Assembly: GCA_030324005.1 (NCBI GenBank)
Contig: JARDVH010000193.1
Location: 29,832,758 to 29,896,757 of the forward strand
DNA length: 64,000 nucleotides
Source: Negaprion brevirostris
Taxonomy: Eukaryota
Direction of reading: 5' to 3'
Positions 12,651-24,622 of the stretch are shown piece by piece. The position numbers and the translations under genes were made by a program. The notes beneath the pieces were generated by a model. That model saw only the letters and a program-made list of their open reading frames with translations, ran no database searches and was not told the DNA's origin. How positions within the stretch are numbered: position 1 is the stretch's first letter; each line of letters opens with the position of its first letter.

Positions 12651-13634
12651 AGGGCTAGCAATCAATGAGCCTACAGCCTTGGAAGAACGGTGCCAATGCC
12701 AAAAGTGACTGCTGTCACTGTTGGAAGGGGCACGCCAGGAAACCTCCAATTTCAGGCACCCTTTGAAAAGGTATTTATAAATGATGGTCACAGCTGTCAA
12801 GCCACACCTATGAAGGGAAAACCCTGCTAGGTTTATCACTGACAGCAGCTGTAGTCCACTGATGGTATATCTCTGACGTTTATATCCAGAATTCCCTCCC
12901 AATCTGCCCCCGCGGGATCAGGAAGCTTCCATCCCATGCCTTAAACCATACCTAATAACTGAATGTGTTGTTTAATATAACAACTCAAAAACACGTCCAA
13001 ACCGTATCAAGGTACATGAAACCGTCATCACAAAATGATTATCCAGTACCATGTTCTCACAGGAAACTGCACTGCTGACTATGATATTGAAAATGTGTTC
13101 ATGAAGAATTGGGTAAATATTCAACTTGTTGACCATTGTAGAAACTACTTGATTTTTACTTGCATTGAAATACAACAAGGGGCATCAGAATTGCAAGATC
13201 CATTTTATGGCCAGGCAGCAATTTGAAATTGTACACCAACAGGTTTACAATTTCACTACAGGTAGTAACCATAAAAATGTTTCTCTTCAGTCAACTGATG
13301 TCTCCCAGCATAGGCCTGTTATATCATATGTACCTAATGGGCACATTTGCAGTCTGTAGGCTGACAATATGGCTGATGAACAATATTATTTTCCCCTCAG
13401 TTACAGAGGAAAATACTCGCTATCTTTAAAGCACAGAAATTGCATATAGCTCCACAATGTCAAAACAATGATTATAAAAATACGGCTTTCTGAAATTGAG
13501 TTATATTCGTTCACCAATTCAGCATTTTACATCGCTTCAAGTAATCAAACAGACTGTGCAAGGGTATTAATGTCACAATAAAATGTCATCAATGGTTATC
13601 ATTACACACATGGCTTTTCTTCTATTCAAGAAAA

Positions 13635-13860
13635 CAAAGAAAAGGCTTGAATTGACATAGCACCTTATCCTCAGGGCATCTCAAGGCATGTTGAACTCAG
13701 TGAATTACTATTTTAAACACAGACACTGTTGTTACGTAATTACACAGCAGCCAATTTGTCTATAACTCGTTTGACACATTATCCAAAAGGCAGCATCTCC
13801 AAGAATGCTGCACTCTGACAGTGCTATGATCAAGGTTCAGACTCCATTATGTACTCAACA
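13635..13860 (-). mobile_element. Deu-domain SINE (SacSINE1/AmnSINE-like) remnant
   Basis: Minus strand GAGTGCAGCATTCTTGGAGATGCTGCCTTTTGGAT and AAATTGGCTGCTG...ACAACAGTG match recalled Deu-domain motifs. Confidence 0.65.
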
Positions 13861-13864
13861 CAAG

Positions 13865-14560
13865 GACACAAGAAATAAAGGAGACGTAGACCATCAAATG
13901 CCATTCAGTGCAATCATTGGTTACCTTGTGCTTCAACTCCACTTTCCTGCCCGCTCCCCATAGTTCTCAAATCCCTGAGAGACCAAAATCTGTCCATCCC
14001 AGTCTCAAATGTATTCAATAGTAGAGATTTCATTATCCTCTGAGATGGGTTTACTACCCTTTGAGTGAAGTAATTTCCCCTCATCTCATTTCTAAATGAT
14101 TGGCCTGAGACTGATCCCATGTTTTAGATTCCAGACCAATGAAAACAGTCTCAGCATTTACCCTGTCAAACCCACTTCAGAATTTTATAGGTTTCAGTGA
14201 TATTATCTCTCTTTCTTCTAAACTCCAGAGATTAAAGGCCCAATTTACTCAGTCTCTCATCATAAGCAAACTCCTCATCCCGGAGGCCAATTTAATGAAC
14301 ATTTGTCGTACCGTCTTCAATGCAAGTATTTGGGACGGGACTTTCTGGCCACCCATGCTCCAAGGCTGGAAATTCCCACTTGAGGTCAATGGACCTTTAA
14401 ATGGTCCACCGAATTTTCTGTTCCACCTGCTATAATTCCTGTGGTGTGTGTGACCAGAAGATCGTGTCCCCATTTTCTTACACATGGAGACAAAAATGGC
14501 ACAGAGTATTCCAGATGCAATCTCACCAAAACCCTATACAATTGTAGCAAGACTTCTTGG
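13865..14560 (-). mobile_element. CR1/HER1 LINE 3' fragment with nested MITE
   Basis: ORF fragments LLQLYRVLVRLHLEYSVPF and FRNEMRGNYFTQRVVN, the CR1 ORF2 C-terminus. Confidence 0.88.
14332..14470. mobile_element. Short MITE with terminal inverted repeats, inserted in CR1
   Basis: Left GGGACGGGACTTTCTGG versus reverse complement of right end GGGACACGATCTTCTGG. CR1 sequence resumes on both sides. Confidence 0.7.
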
Positions 14561-14564
14561 ACTC

Positions 14565-15286
14565 GATTTTCTGGCCCCCACACACATGCACAAATGATGC
14601 TAGGGCCAGAGAATTACGGAGGGTTGGTCATAGTGTGGTTAGTGTGAACCCCTTTAGGGATTATCCCAGTCCCAGTGCCCATGCATAATCTACTTTACAC
14701 CCAGCGAGGGTATGAACCAGATTAGCACATTTAAATAATCAAGTAAATCTGCAGGGTTAGATTTACTGGATTCCTGTAATTCTCTGAATTTGACACAGTG
14801 GGAACCTGGCGCAAATTACAACAGGCCTCCACAAATAGAGGCCAGCTGTGATGGCCAAACTGGGGGAACTCAGGGACCACTGAAGGCCTCAGGTGATCCG
14901 AGGATTGGCAGGGTAGTGCCCTGACACTGCCAGATTGGCAGTGCTAAGGAAGAACCTGTAGGGGGTAGTATAAAGGGGTTCTTGAAGGGGGGGAATGCAT
15001 GGAGGCTCTTGATGGGGATAGGTGTGGGGTTGCTGGTACTAGCAAGCAGAGATAGCTTCTTGGTCGGAGAGTAGGAGGGCTGGGGGGAGTTAGTAGTGTT
15101 GTCTGGAGATCGGTGTGCCTTGATCTTCAAGGAGTCAGCATTGCCAGTGACCTAAGTTTGTTACTCCAAAAAAGTTCTAAGTGTGGGAGAATTGCAAATT
15201 GAATTGCACCAAACCATCCAACAGGAGTCTAACCGATTTTTCTCTGAGAGACAACACTTAGAAATTTTTTGGGAGAATTCTGCCCC
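14565..15286. mobile_element. GC-rich non-autonomous (MITE-like) element inserted in CR1
   Basis: Ends CACTTAGAAATTTTTTGGGAGAATTCTGCCCC. CR1 sequence continues at 15287. Confidence 0.55.
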
Positions 15287-15725
15287 TTAGTTCTTGTACT
15301 CCAATCTCCTTGCAATAAAGGCCAACATGCCATTTGCCTTCCTAATTGTTTGCTGCAACTACATGTTGACATTTTGTGTTTGTTGTATGAGCACATCCAA
15401 GTCANNNNNNNNNNNNNNNNNNNNNNNNNNNNNNNNNNNNNNNNNGTCCTGCTTTTCTATTCTTACAACCAAGGTAAATATTTTACACTTCCCTACATCA
15501 TATTTTGTTGCCCACTCACTTAACCTTTCTATGTCTGTTTTCAGCCTTTCTGTGTCTTCCCACAGCTTGCCTTTCTACTTAGTTTTGTCTTTTGGAAATA
15601 CAGGTATACTACATCCACTGGTTTCCCTTTATCTACCCTACTAATTAGATCCTCAAAATACTCTGGTAAATTTATTAAACATGATTTTCCTTCAGTAAAA
15701 CCATGTTGACTTGTTCTAATCATAC
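15287..15725 (-). mobile_element. CR1 LINE RT fragment
   Basis: SQHGFTEGKSCLINLPEYFEDLISRVDKGKPVDVVYLYFQK is a CR1 RT motif. Confidence 0.88.
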
Positions 15726-16563
15726 TATACCTTTCTATTTATATTGTCCATAGTGGTATTCTGGGTTAATCTTTTACAGACTTCTCACTTCTCACTATCT
15801 TATATTACGTCTTTAAGAAGACCTTTGGGCACCTTCTTTCCAGGCTGAAAAGTTGAAGTTTCTCCAATCTTTCCTCCTGTTTGAAACACATGCATTAAGG
15901 TTGACATCTCCGGCATGTCTTTGCAATGTCTTCAATATTCAATGTCTCCATAACTTCTCAGACCAGAGTATTGTGTGGTTTGAGTGCTATCGCCCTGATT
16001 TGTGTTGTACTGTTTTGGCAATGTAGTTTGGCATTCTATAGGTGTTGGCTGGATATACTGATCATTGAGTCCGCCAAGATGCCTGGGGCTTTCAATTTCA
16101 TCTTTAGCTATTTCGGCATAAGCCATAAGGTGTGTATATTGCTTTTGTTTGAACCATTCACAGATTTTGTTGAGCCNNNNNNNNNNCAAATCCACTGGCC
16201 TTGGTATTTCGATATAACTGCAAACTTGAATATGGCTGCCAACACTTATGCAGGCACTATAAAATCCAACACAACAGTCTTCTGTATCATATCCCTGCTG
16301 AAACATCAATGCATAACTGAGGGAGTGTCACATTGCTAGAAATTTAAATGAGGCATTATTGGCTTGAAGTCGGGAAAAGGTACCATTTAATTGTAAATTC
16401 TTCCTATCTTTGCAACTTTAATTCCCAGCATCTAGAATTGATCAGGAGTGGGGAAATGGATACAAAATTAAAAGGGTTATGTTGCAATTGATCAGAGTAT
16501 ACACTGCAGGGTTTAATATGAAATACATTTTGAAATAAGTTCTCTTTAGGCAGTTTCACTCAC

Positions 16564-16633
16564 TCGTGCGGTTTCTCTGCTTGACAAGGAGCAAGCTCCC
16601 AAAGAACAGCAATAGTAACATTAACCGTTCCTT
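16564..16633 (-). CDS. Candidate 70-nt exon of an unidentified minus-strand gene
   Basis: Minus strand ctgacattcctttattcag|AAGGAACGG...CCGCACGA|gtgagt. Open frame GTVNVTIAVLWELAPCQAEKPH splices in phase to the 22-nt exon at 10787 (..KPHDIQLIHRK). Confidence 0.4.
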
Positions 16634-16969
16634 CTGAATAAAGGAATGTCAGAAAGTGAAGGTGGTACAGATTTCTTGGCTATGGTACTTGGGTTCATGG
16701 AACTCCTTTTCTTTCTTTAAACCTTCTCATAATTTGTGGATATTGCGATAGCCGCGAGATTAACAGGAACAGAACTTCAGAGTTTCCCAGTGAAGAGTAA
16801 TTCATTCTAGCCTTTTGCAAAAAGATGCAGGAGATTTGTTTTGGGTCATTTCCTCAGGTCAACCCATTCCTTCCAGGATACAGTCTAACTCTAACTTAAT
16901 CAAACAAACATACATGTGATCCGATTCTTATGGTGCATTTTCATTTTGCACACTCCGGAAGATAGATAT

Positions 16970-17292
16970 GGCATGGTGGCACAGTGGTTAGCAATGCTGC
17001 CTCATAGCACCCGGGACCTGGGTTCAATTCTGGCCTCCAGTGTCTGTGCATACTTTGTACATTCTCCCCGTGTTCACGCGCATGTCCTCCAGGTGCTCCG
17101 GTTTCTTCCCACAATCCAACGATATGTGGGTTAGGTTGATTGGCCACGCTAAATTGCCCCCTTAGTGTCAGGTGGATTAGCAAGGTAAATATGCGGAGCA
17201 GCAGGGATAGGGCCTGGGTGGGATAGTTGTCAATGCAGGCTTGATGGGCCAAATGGTCTCCTTCTGCCCTGTAAGGATTCTGTGATTCTATC
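16970..17292 (+). mobile_element. HE1 SINE, full length
   Basis: GGCATGGTGGCACAGTGGTTAGC head to GGATTCTGTGATTCTAT tail. Confidence 0.92.
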
Positions 17293-17299
17293 TGAGCAT

Positions 17300-17755
17300 G
17301 CGAATTAGGAGCAGAAGTAGGCCACTCAGCACTTTGAGTCTCTCTGCCATTCGATAAGATCGGGGTGATGATCTAATTGTCACCTCAACTCCACAATCCC
17401 GCCTAACCCTGATAACTTCTCACCCTCTCTCTTGCTTATCAGGAAACTATCCATCTCTGCCTTAAAAAGATTCAAAGGGTGGGATTCCCTGGCCTCCTGG
17501 GTGGGATTCCCTGGCCTCCCAGCCATGTGTTTCTCGCTGCTTGCAGGATCTTCTGGTCCTGCTGCTGTCAATGGGATTTCCCATTGATTTCACCCCATTC
17601 CGCTGAGAAAACAACGGTGAGAAAGGATTGGAAGATCCCACCAGCATGAACGACTGGAGGATTCCAGCCAAAGGCTCTGCTCCCCATCACCTTTTGCAGG
17701 AAAAGAGTTCCGAAGACTCCAAATGAAAATAATTCTCATTTCTGTCTTAAGTAGA
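17300..17755 (-). mobile_element. CR1 LINE 3' end with nested MITE
   Basis: TTAGGAGCAGAAGTAGGCCACTCAGC...CTCAACTCCAC...TCTGCCTTAAAAAGATTCAAA is the antisense CR1 3' end. Confidence 0.8.
17477..17669. mobile_element. ~190 bp MITE with apparent 3-bp TSD (AAA)
   Basis: AAA|GGGTGGGATTCCC...GGATTCCAGCC|AAA, with a central palindrome CAATGGGATTTCCCATTG and a 22-bp tandem duplication at the left end. Same family as 33250-33456. Confidence 0.72.
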
Positions 17756-18289
17756 CACGTGTGCTCACTCGCATTACGTAAATGCCAAGATCCCAGACAT
17801 TCTGGCTGGATTACGGATATCTTGGCTAATGGTAGGGAGTCACTAGCTAAATAATAATGAGGATAGGTAGCAAAGGTATTTTAGTAACACTAGTGGGGTG
17901 GTTCAGGGACATTGGCTCAGCCGGATAGCTGTTGGGAATATTGGTATATAGAGAAAGGAGCTTCGGTGTGTGTGTGAGTGAAAAAGAATGATGAAGTACA
18001 GCATGTTTGCACGGGTTTTGGAATGTAAGAGTAACAGAATGGTGGTGACTGGATGATTAGGGGCACAGTGCCAGCTAATAGTAACAGTTAGGAGGTTGCT
18101 GGTTACTGCTGGGAAGAATAAAGTGGCTGAGTTTGTGATTGTGACCTGGGAACTGGCAGTAAATTCTTTCAAGTGCTTGGGTTATTATCTCAGTAACAGA
18201 TAAAAAGCTTAAAACTGGTTTCAAGGATGCAATGATAGCAAAGACCCCAGGGGACAGGGTGGGACTGGGGGAGAAGAGAAGCCTCGCTG

Positions 18290-19205
18290 TGCTGGGCACT
18301 GATTGTGCCAATCCTGGAAAACTGGGTGCGGACCTAAAAATTGGTTTCGCGCCGAGCGCCAAGCAATTTGCAGTCACCCCATTCCCTTGCTACAGGCAAA
18401 ACAGATTTCATCCAGAGAGGGCATGATTAGCATATTTAAAGTAATATTTAAATATGCTTAGCCCATTCGACAGCAGATTCTTCCATCTTCCAGGATCTTC
18501 CAATCCTTGGACTTGTGGATACCAGGTGTGATGGCTACTCTGGGATGCTCAGAGGCCATAGACGCCTCTGGGTGGTTGGGGTCATGCTTGGGCTGTGCAC
18601 AGGTGTGCACTGCCAGTGAGCCAGGGGCACTGCCAAGGAGAAGGGGCCTGAGTGGGAGCGGAAGCTATGATGGGNNNNNNNNNNNNNNNNNNNNNNNNNN
18701 NNNNNNNNNNNNNNNNNNNNNNNNNNNNNNNNNNNNNNNNNNNNNNNNNNNNNNNNNNNNNNNNNNNNNNNNNNTGGGAGCGGAAGCTATGATGGGGGGG
18801 CTACGGTGGGGAGGTTATGATGGAGTGGGGCATGTTGGGGAGCCATGAAAGGAGGCCCACTGGGAGGGCCCCAGTACCCTGATTCTAACAATCCATGTCG
18901 GGGAGGAGGGAGTTGAGAAACATGCTGCTTACTTGGGGGAGGATTGGTGGGGGAGTCCCAATATCTATGAGGGGATGGGGGCGTGAGGAGGGAGCTGGGA
19001 GGGGATCTTCTAATGCACCTTTCAAAGCGGCACCTGATTGCTTTGCGGCCGGGCTCAATGACTTATTTAGGTTCCACCCCTCTCAGAACCAGAACGCAGC
19101 TCACCACTACCAAAAAATGACGAAATTCGGGGAACTTGCACCCTGCAGCGCACCGGTCCATACACTCTGATTTTCTCGCCATTGTCATTTTTTGGGAAAA
19201 TCACG
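18290..19205. mobile_element. GC-rich non-autonomous (MITE-like) element spanning a gap
   Basis: G-rich core with CpG-rich ends. Ends TTTTTTGGGAAAATCACGG, like the other elements of this class. Confidence 0.5.
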
Positions 19206-19699
19206 GTCATGGTACCTCAGGGCAGAGTTAGTGGGAATAAGAAGTGACAGGTTAAGGAGAGGCAGAAGTCCACATGGTAAGTGATTAGTGGCAGCAGCAA
19301 GTGGGCGGAAAGGAGGGATGATGTTGTTCAAGAATTGAAGAAGAAAGGTCGGGAACCCAGATAAACTGAGAAGTTTCAGAACAGGATTTCCCAAACATTG
19401 GGCTGGGGAATCTGTTAGTCAAAAGGGTGTAGTGTGTTTATATAGTAATTGCCAGCTNNNNNNNNNNNNNNNNNNNNNNNNNNNNNNNNNNNNNNNNNNN
19501 NNNNNNNNNNNNNNNNNNNNNNNNNNNNNNNNNNNNNNNNNNNNNNNNNNNNNNNNNNNNNNNNNNNCTGAGTATGACCAGGCTTTGCTTTGTGTTTAAA
19601 TCCTTTCCTGAAACACTAAATTCACAGCAAGAGTTGAAACAACATTTGAAAGCCCATTTCCAGGGTCAGGCCAGTACAAAAGGATCAGACAGTCAAATT

Positions 19700-20003
19700 T
19701 TTAAAGTTTAAAGTTTATTTATTAGTGTCACAAGTAAGCTTACATTAACACAGCAATGAAGTTATTGTGAAAATCCCCCAGTCGCCACATTCCAGCGCCT
19801 GTTCAGTCACATTGAGGGAGAATTTGGCATGGCCAATGCACCTAACCAGATTCTTTCAGATTGTAGGAGGAAATCACAGCACCTGGAAGAAACTCACGCA
19901 GACTTTGGGAGAACCTGCAAACTCCACACAGACAGTGACCCAAGCCAGGAATCAAATCGGGATCCCTGGCGCTGTGAAACAGCGGTGCTAACCACTGTGC
20001 CAT
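19700..20003 (-). mobile_element. HE1-like SINE with variant (non-CR1) 3' tail
   Basis: Second copy of the 493-790 variant. Minus-strand tail ends CTTACTTGTGACACTAATAAATAAACTTTAAACTTT. Confidence 0.88.
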
Positions 20004-20645
20004 CAGATGTGGCACCACATAGGCAACTGAGAGATGAGATAAGGTGGTTCAGGCCCCCAGAGATGACCTGAAGTACAGCAACAGTAATACCCTACAAGAC
20101 ATACCCCGTTCTTTGGCACCAGCTTATCAAAAAGGTCCTGTCTCTTCTGATGAACTCCTGCCACTGTTACCTTGAGCTGGATTAGCCATGGATAATCAAG
20201 GGAACTTTTGAGTTTAAATTATTTTAAATTTATGAATTCCTAGGTTCATGTTAAAAATAAATCTCCCTGTGTTGACCTGTCAGGCTGTAAGCCCATATTC
20301 CAGTCGTGGTGCTGTAGGGGGACTGTGTATATACAGTGTGACACAGTTATAGAAGTCATTTCCATTGTAAGTGTAGATGTAGGGATTTATGATGGAGAAG
20401 TTGAAAGGAAGTGCACTCAACTATAAAAGGTTTAATATATCACTAGTTCACCTCTCCTGATGTTACGTATACTAAGTTGGGAGACTATGGTTTTATGGTT
20501 TGACTCAGTAGCAGCAATCTCACTTTGGAGTCAGGGAGGTACGACTCCGGCCTATTGGAAACATAAGCGTATAATCTTGGCTGGCACCTTGCTGGGCTGT
20601 ATTGGGAGGTGCTGTCTTTTGGGTGAGGTGTTAAACCCATGCTTT

Positions 20646-20768
20646 GGACAGGATTTTCTGGTTGTGCTTGCCTCAAAACCAGAAAATCCTGCCCAAGGAC
20701 TTTTATATAGCTCCCCCCCACCGCCCTCTACTATTCCCGTGGAAAGCGGGGATGGGAAAATTCCGCCC
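20646..20768. mobile_element. Short MITE
   Basis: GGACAGGATTTTC ... GAAAATTCCGCCC imperfect TIRs, plus an internal hairpin. Confidence 0.65.
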
Positions 20769-20856
20769 TTTGTCTACCTAAAATATCTCAATTCAGACTC
20801 CTTGCCAGAGCCCTTAGCCCAGTGTTTATCCCTCAATAAATATCACAAACAAATTA

Positions 20857-21048
20857 AAACATAGAACATAGAAAAACTACAGCACAAACAGGCCCTTCGG
20901 CCCACAAGTTGTGCCGATGATATCCACACCTACTAGGCTTACCTATAACCCTCAATTCTATTAAGTTCCATGTACTCAGAAGTCTCTTGAAAGACCCTAT
21001 CGAATTTGCCTCCACCACCACCAACGGCAGCCGATTCCACTCACCCAC
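20857..21048 (-). mobile_element. CR1 LINE 3' end, young-looking subfamily
   Basis: EWNRLPLVVVEANSIGSFKRLL plus (TTCTATG)n tail, with CpGs retained. The same tail occurs at 49240-49313 and 50620-50689. Confidence 0.88.
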
Positions 21049-22129
21049 CAAATTATCTGATCGTTATTGTGTTGCTGTCTGTGAGAGTTTGCTATGGGCA
21101 AATTGGGTTTCACTTTTCTTATACTACAACAGAGACTACACATCGAAAGTGCTTCATTGATTATAAAGAACTCTGGAATGTCCTGGGGGTCATGAGGGAC
21201 AATGATCAGTGTGGGTTCCTTCGATCTTTGGTTTCTGTGGTCCAATTCTCTTTTTCAGTCTCCCTCTTTCGTTGCGTTTTATCTCTCTCTCGTTTTGCTT
21301 TTCTCAAGATGTCAGTCTTGGCATAGTCATAAAATTCTCACCTATAAGTTACNNNNNNNNNNNNNNNNNNNNNNNNNNNNNNNNNNNNNNNNNNNNNNNN
21401 NNNNNNNNNNNNNNNNNNNNNNNNNNNNNNNNNNNNNNNNNNNNNNNNNNNNNNNNNNNNNNNNNNNNNNNNNNNNNNNNNNNNNNNNNNNNNNNNNNNN
21501 NNNNNNNNNNNNNNNNNNNNNNNNNNNNNNNNNNNNNNNNNNNNNNNNNNNNNNNNNNNNNNNNNNNNNNNNNNNNNNNNNNNNNNNNNNNNNNNNNNNN
21601 NNNNNNNNNNNNNNNNNNNNNNNNNNNNNNNNNNNNNNNNNNNNNNNNNNNNNNNNNNNNNNNNNNNNNNNNNNNNNNNNNNNNNNNNNNNNNNNNNNNN
21701 NNNNNNNNNNNNNNNNNNNNNNNNNNNNNNNNNNNNNNNNNNNNNNNNNNNNNNNNCTAGCCCCCATGGAAAGCAAAAAGATTCATTATCCAATTAAATA
21801 ACACTCAACCTTCAGCTAACCTTCCTTTTCCCATTTTTAATATATTTTTATAACTGTTGGAGAGAGATGTTTAAAAAAAATGACACATATAATAATCTCT
21901 TTTCGTGCCCTGATGATTGTTTTCCACACAGTGGTGTCCTGGAGACTGACCTTCAATTTCTAGAGATTCCAGACCAATGTTGGAGTGTGAAGGACAGCAG
22001 GTTCATCCTCTATGGAGCCACTCTTACTTCTCCTAATTGGTACCTCAATAATCAAGTAATCCGTAAAGTAAGCATTTTTGGGACTGCTGCGACATCCTGT
22101 GAGCCTCTTCCATTGCCAGAGAATCACCT

Positions 22130-22540
22130 ATGATGGCTTCTATTCCTGCTCTTGCACCATTCCCTCTGGTGGCTTCCAGAGATCTATTCCTGGCCCTCTC
22201 CTATTTCTTAACTACATAACCCAAAAATGCAGCATTAGTTTTCACACTTACAATGCCTAATGTTCCATCATTTCTTTCAACTGCTCCACTGTCTTCAAAT
22301 TGTCATCAGTTGTCTGGATGTGCAGAAATATCTTTTAACTCAATATTGAGAATATCAAAGTCATTGATTGTGGATCCTGCCACAAGTTCTACTCCCAGGT
22401 CATTGACTCTACCACTCTCCCTCCCAACTGTGCAAGGCTGAATCAGTCCTTTCACAAACTCTGCTGTCACATTTGACCCAGACATCAGATCAAAGACATT
22501 TCCATGCCATCACTAATAATGTTTATTTCCACTTCCATAT
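22130..22540 (+). mobile_element. L2 LINE RT fragment, degenerate
   Basis: CAGAGATCTATTCCTGGCCCTCTCCTATTTCTTAACTACAT (PQGS.LGP.LF..Y-like) and GTCACATTTGACCCAGA (GV.FD-like). Confidence 0.6.
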
Positions 22541-22544
22541 CATA

Positions 22545-23945
22545 TAAACAAGGAGCAGGCACTGGGCCACTCAACTTCTTGAACCCTGCCTTGTCTGCCA
22601 TCTATTAAGATTATGGCTGATCTGATAATAGCTTAAATCTGTACCCTCTATCCTCAATAACCTATCACCCCCTTGTTTACCAACAATCTGTCCACCTCTG
22701 TCTTAAAATATGCAAAGAATTTGTTTCCAACACCTTTTCAGGTGTAGAGTTCCAAAGATTCTGAGAGAAATGTTATAGCTTCACCTCTGCTTTAAATGGG
22801 TGACCCCTTATTTTTAAACAGTGAGCCCCAAGTTATAGATTCTCCCACAAGAGGAGACATCTCCTCCACTTCCACCCTGTCAAGTCCCCTCAGGATCTTT
22901 TATGTTTTAAACAAGTTGTCTCTTCCTCTTCGAAAATCCAGCAGATACGAGCATAGCCTGTTCAACCTTTCTTCATAAGGTAATCCACTCATAACAGGTA
23001 TTAATCCAGTACATCTTTTCTGAACTCCTCCTAATGCATTTTGCACCCTTCCTCAAATAGGGTGGCAAACACTGCACACAGTACTCCAAATGTGGTCTCA
23101 CTAATACTCTGAAACATAATCTCTCTACATTTATATTCAATTCCCCTTGCAATAAATTATAATGTTCAATTAGCATTTCTAATTACCTGCTGTATCTGCA
23201 TACTAGTCTTTTGTGATTCATGCACCAGAACATCCAGATCCTTCTGCATCTCAGAGCTCTGCAGCCTTTCACAAAGTACATAATAATGTTCTCTTTTATT
23301 CTTCCTACCAAAATAGACAATTTCACATTTACCCACAATATATTCCATTTGCCCAAATCTTTGCCAATTCACTTAACCAATTTGTATCCTTTTGTAGCCT
23401 CCTTATGTCTTTTTCACAACTCTTTCCTACCTATCTTTATGTCATCAACAAATGTGGCAACCATCCTTTCAATCCCTTTATCCAAGTTGTTGATATAAAT
23501 TGTAAACAGTTGTGGTCCCAACACTGATTCCTGAGGCACACCACTCATTACATCTTGCCAACCTCAAAAAGATCAATTTATGCCTACTCTACTTCCTGGT
23601 AGCCAGCCAATTTTCAATACATGCCAATATTTTACCCCTCTTCCACAAGCTTCTGTTTTCCACTATAACCTTTAATGTGGTATTTTATCAAATGCCTTCT
23701 GGAATTATAAGTTCAGTATATCTACTGGTCTCCTTTATCCACAGCACAGATTACTTCCTAAAAGAACTCCAATCAGTTATTTAAGCATGATTTCCCTTTC
23801 ACAAGATCATGTTGACTCTATCTGATTTACTTGAGCTTATCCAAGTGCCTTGTTGTAACTTATTAATAACTTCTAATAATTTCACATATGTTGACCTAAT
23901 TGGGCTGTTGTTTCCCACTGTCTGCCTCCCTCCCTTTTAGAATGA
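22545..23945 (-). mobile_element. CR1/HER1 LINE, 5'-truncated (RT to 3' end)
   Basis: QMEYIVGKCEIVYFGRKN, QKDLDVLVHESQK, LVRPHLEYCVQC, followed by the 3' tail. Confidence 0.92.
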
Positions 23946-24497
23946 TGAGTGACAATATAGTCGAAAAAAATTCACAGCAAGTGTGAAAAGGACAGCTACG
24001 GGTGTTTCACTGCCATCTCATGACAGGTTCCACATTGTCACAGGTGCTTGGCCGAGTGACCGGGACAAAGATTGACAAATCTTATCCAGCTGGATTAGGT
24101 ACTAGTAAATGGACTGCACAAGTTGCCCTCCTTCATCTCAGTGGGCTGCAAGATTGAAATCAGTTTTGTCCACTAACCTTAACCCCATGAATCAGATTAA
24201 ATATATTTAATTCATGCCAAATATTTCACAACGACTTCTAGAAGATGCTCATTTATATATTAATAGAACTGTCATCAACATCAAATGGTTAAAAACAAAA
24301 TAAATATTTACACTTTGGATGCAGAGGAAGCACACAGCTCTGACAGTTAGTGTTGTGTGCAATCAGCATGCACCTCACCTCACTTGCCTTTGCTTTACGT
24401 GTGCATTGCTTCCATTGTACCAGTAGGAAAAAAAATCTACACAGGTGGAAATTGGCAGAATGTGGCAACACTGCGTGTGGAAAAGGGTTGATATAAT

Positions 24498-24622
24498 GGT
24501 TGGAATTTTACCGGCACATCAGCCCCGGAATCCAGCCGGGGAGGCTCGCAGAACGTACTTCTCTGTTGGCCTCGGGCGGGATTTTACGAGCCTCCCTCGA
24601 GCAGGGTTGTAAAATCCTGATC
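24498..24622. mobile_element. Short MITE
   Basis: GGTTGGAATTTTAC ... GTAAAATCCTGATC imperfect TIRs; CpG-rich. Confidence 0.6.

Larger units (their letters stand above)
20495..21225 (+). mobile_element. Deu-domain SINE (SacSINE1-like) interrupted by a MITE and a CR1 tail
   Basis: GGAGGTGCTGTCTTTTGGGTGAGGTGTTAAACC ... TTTATCCCTCAA ... ATTATCTGATCGTTAT...CAAATTGG...TACAACAGAGACTACAC, colinear Deu-domain pieces. Confidence 0.78.

Noticed and set aside
16970-17040. tRNA-like A and B boxes
   Set aside because: They are SINE heads continuing into HE1 bodies, with no complete cloverleaf or terminator.
21202-21801. Long ORFs containing X runs (also at 26.2, 43.5 and 58.8 kb)
   Set aside because: Artefacts of N gaps.
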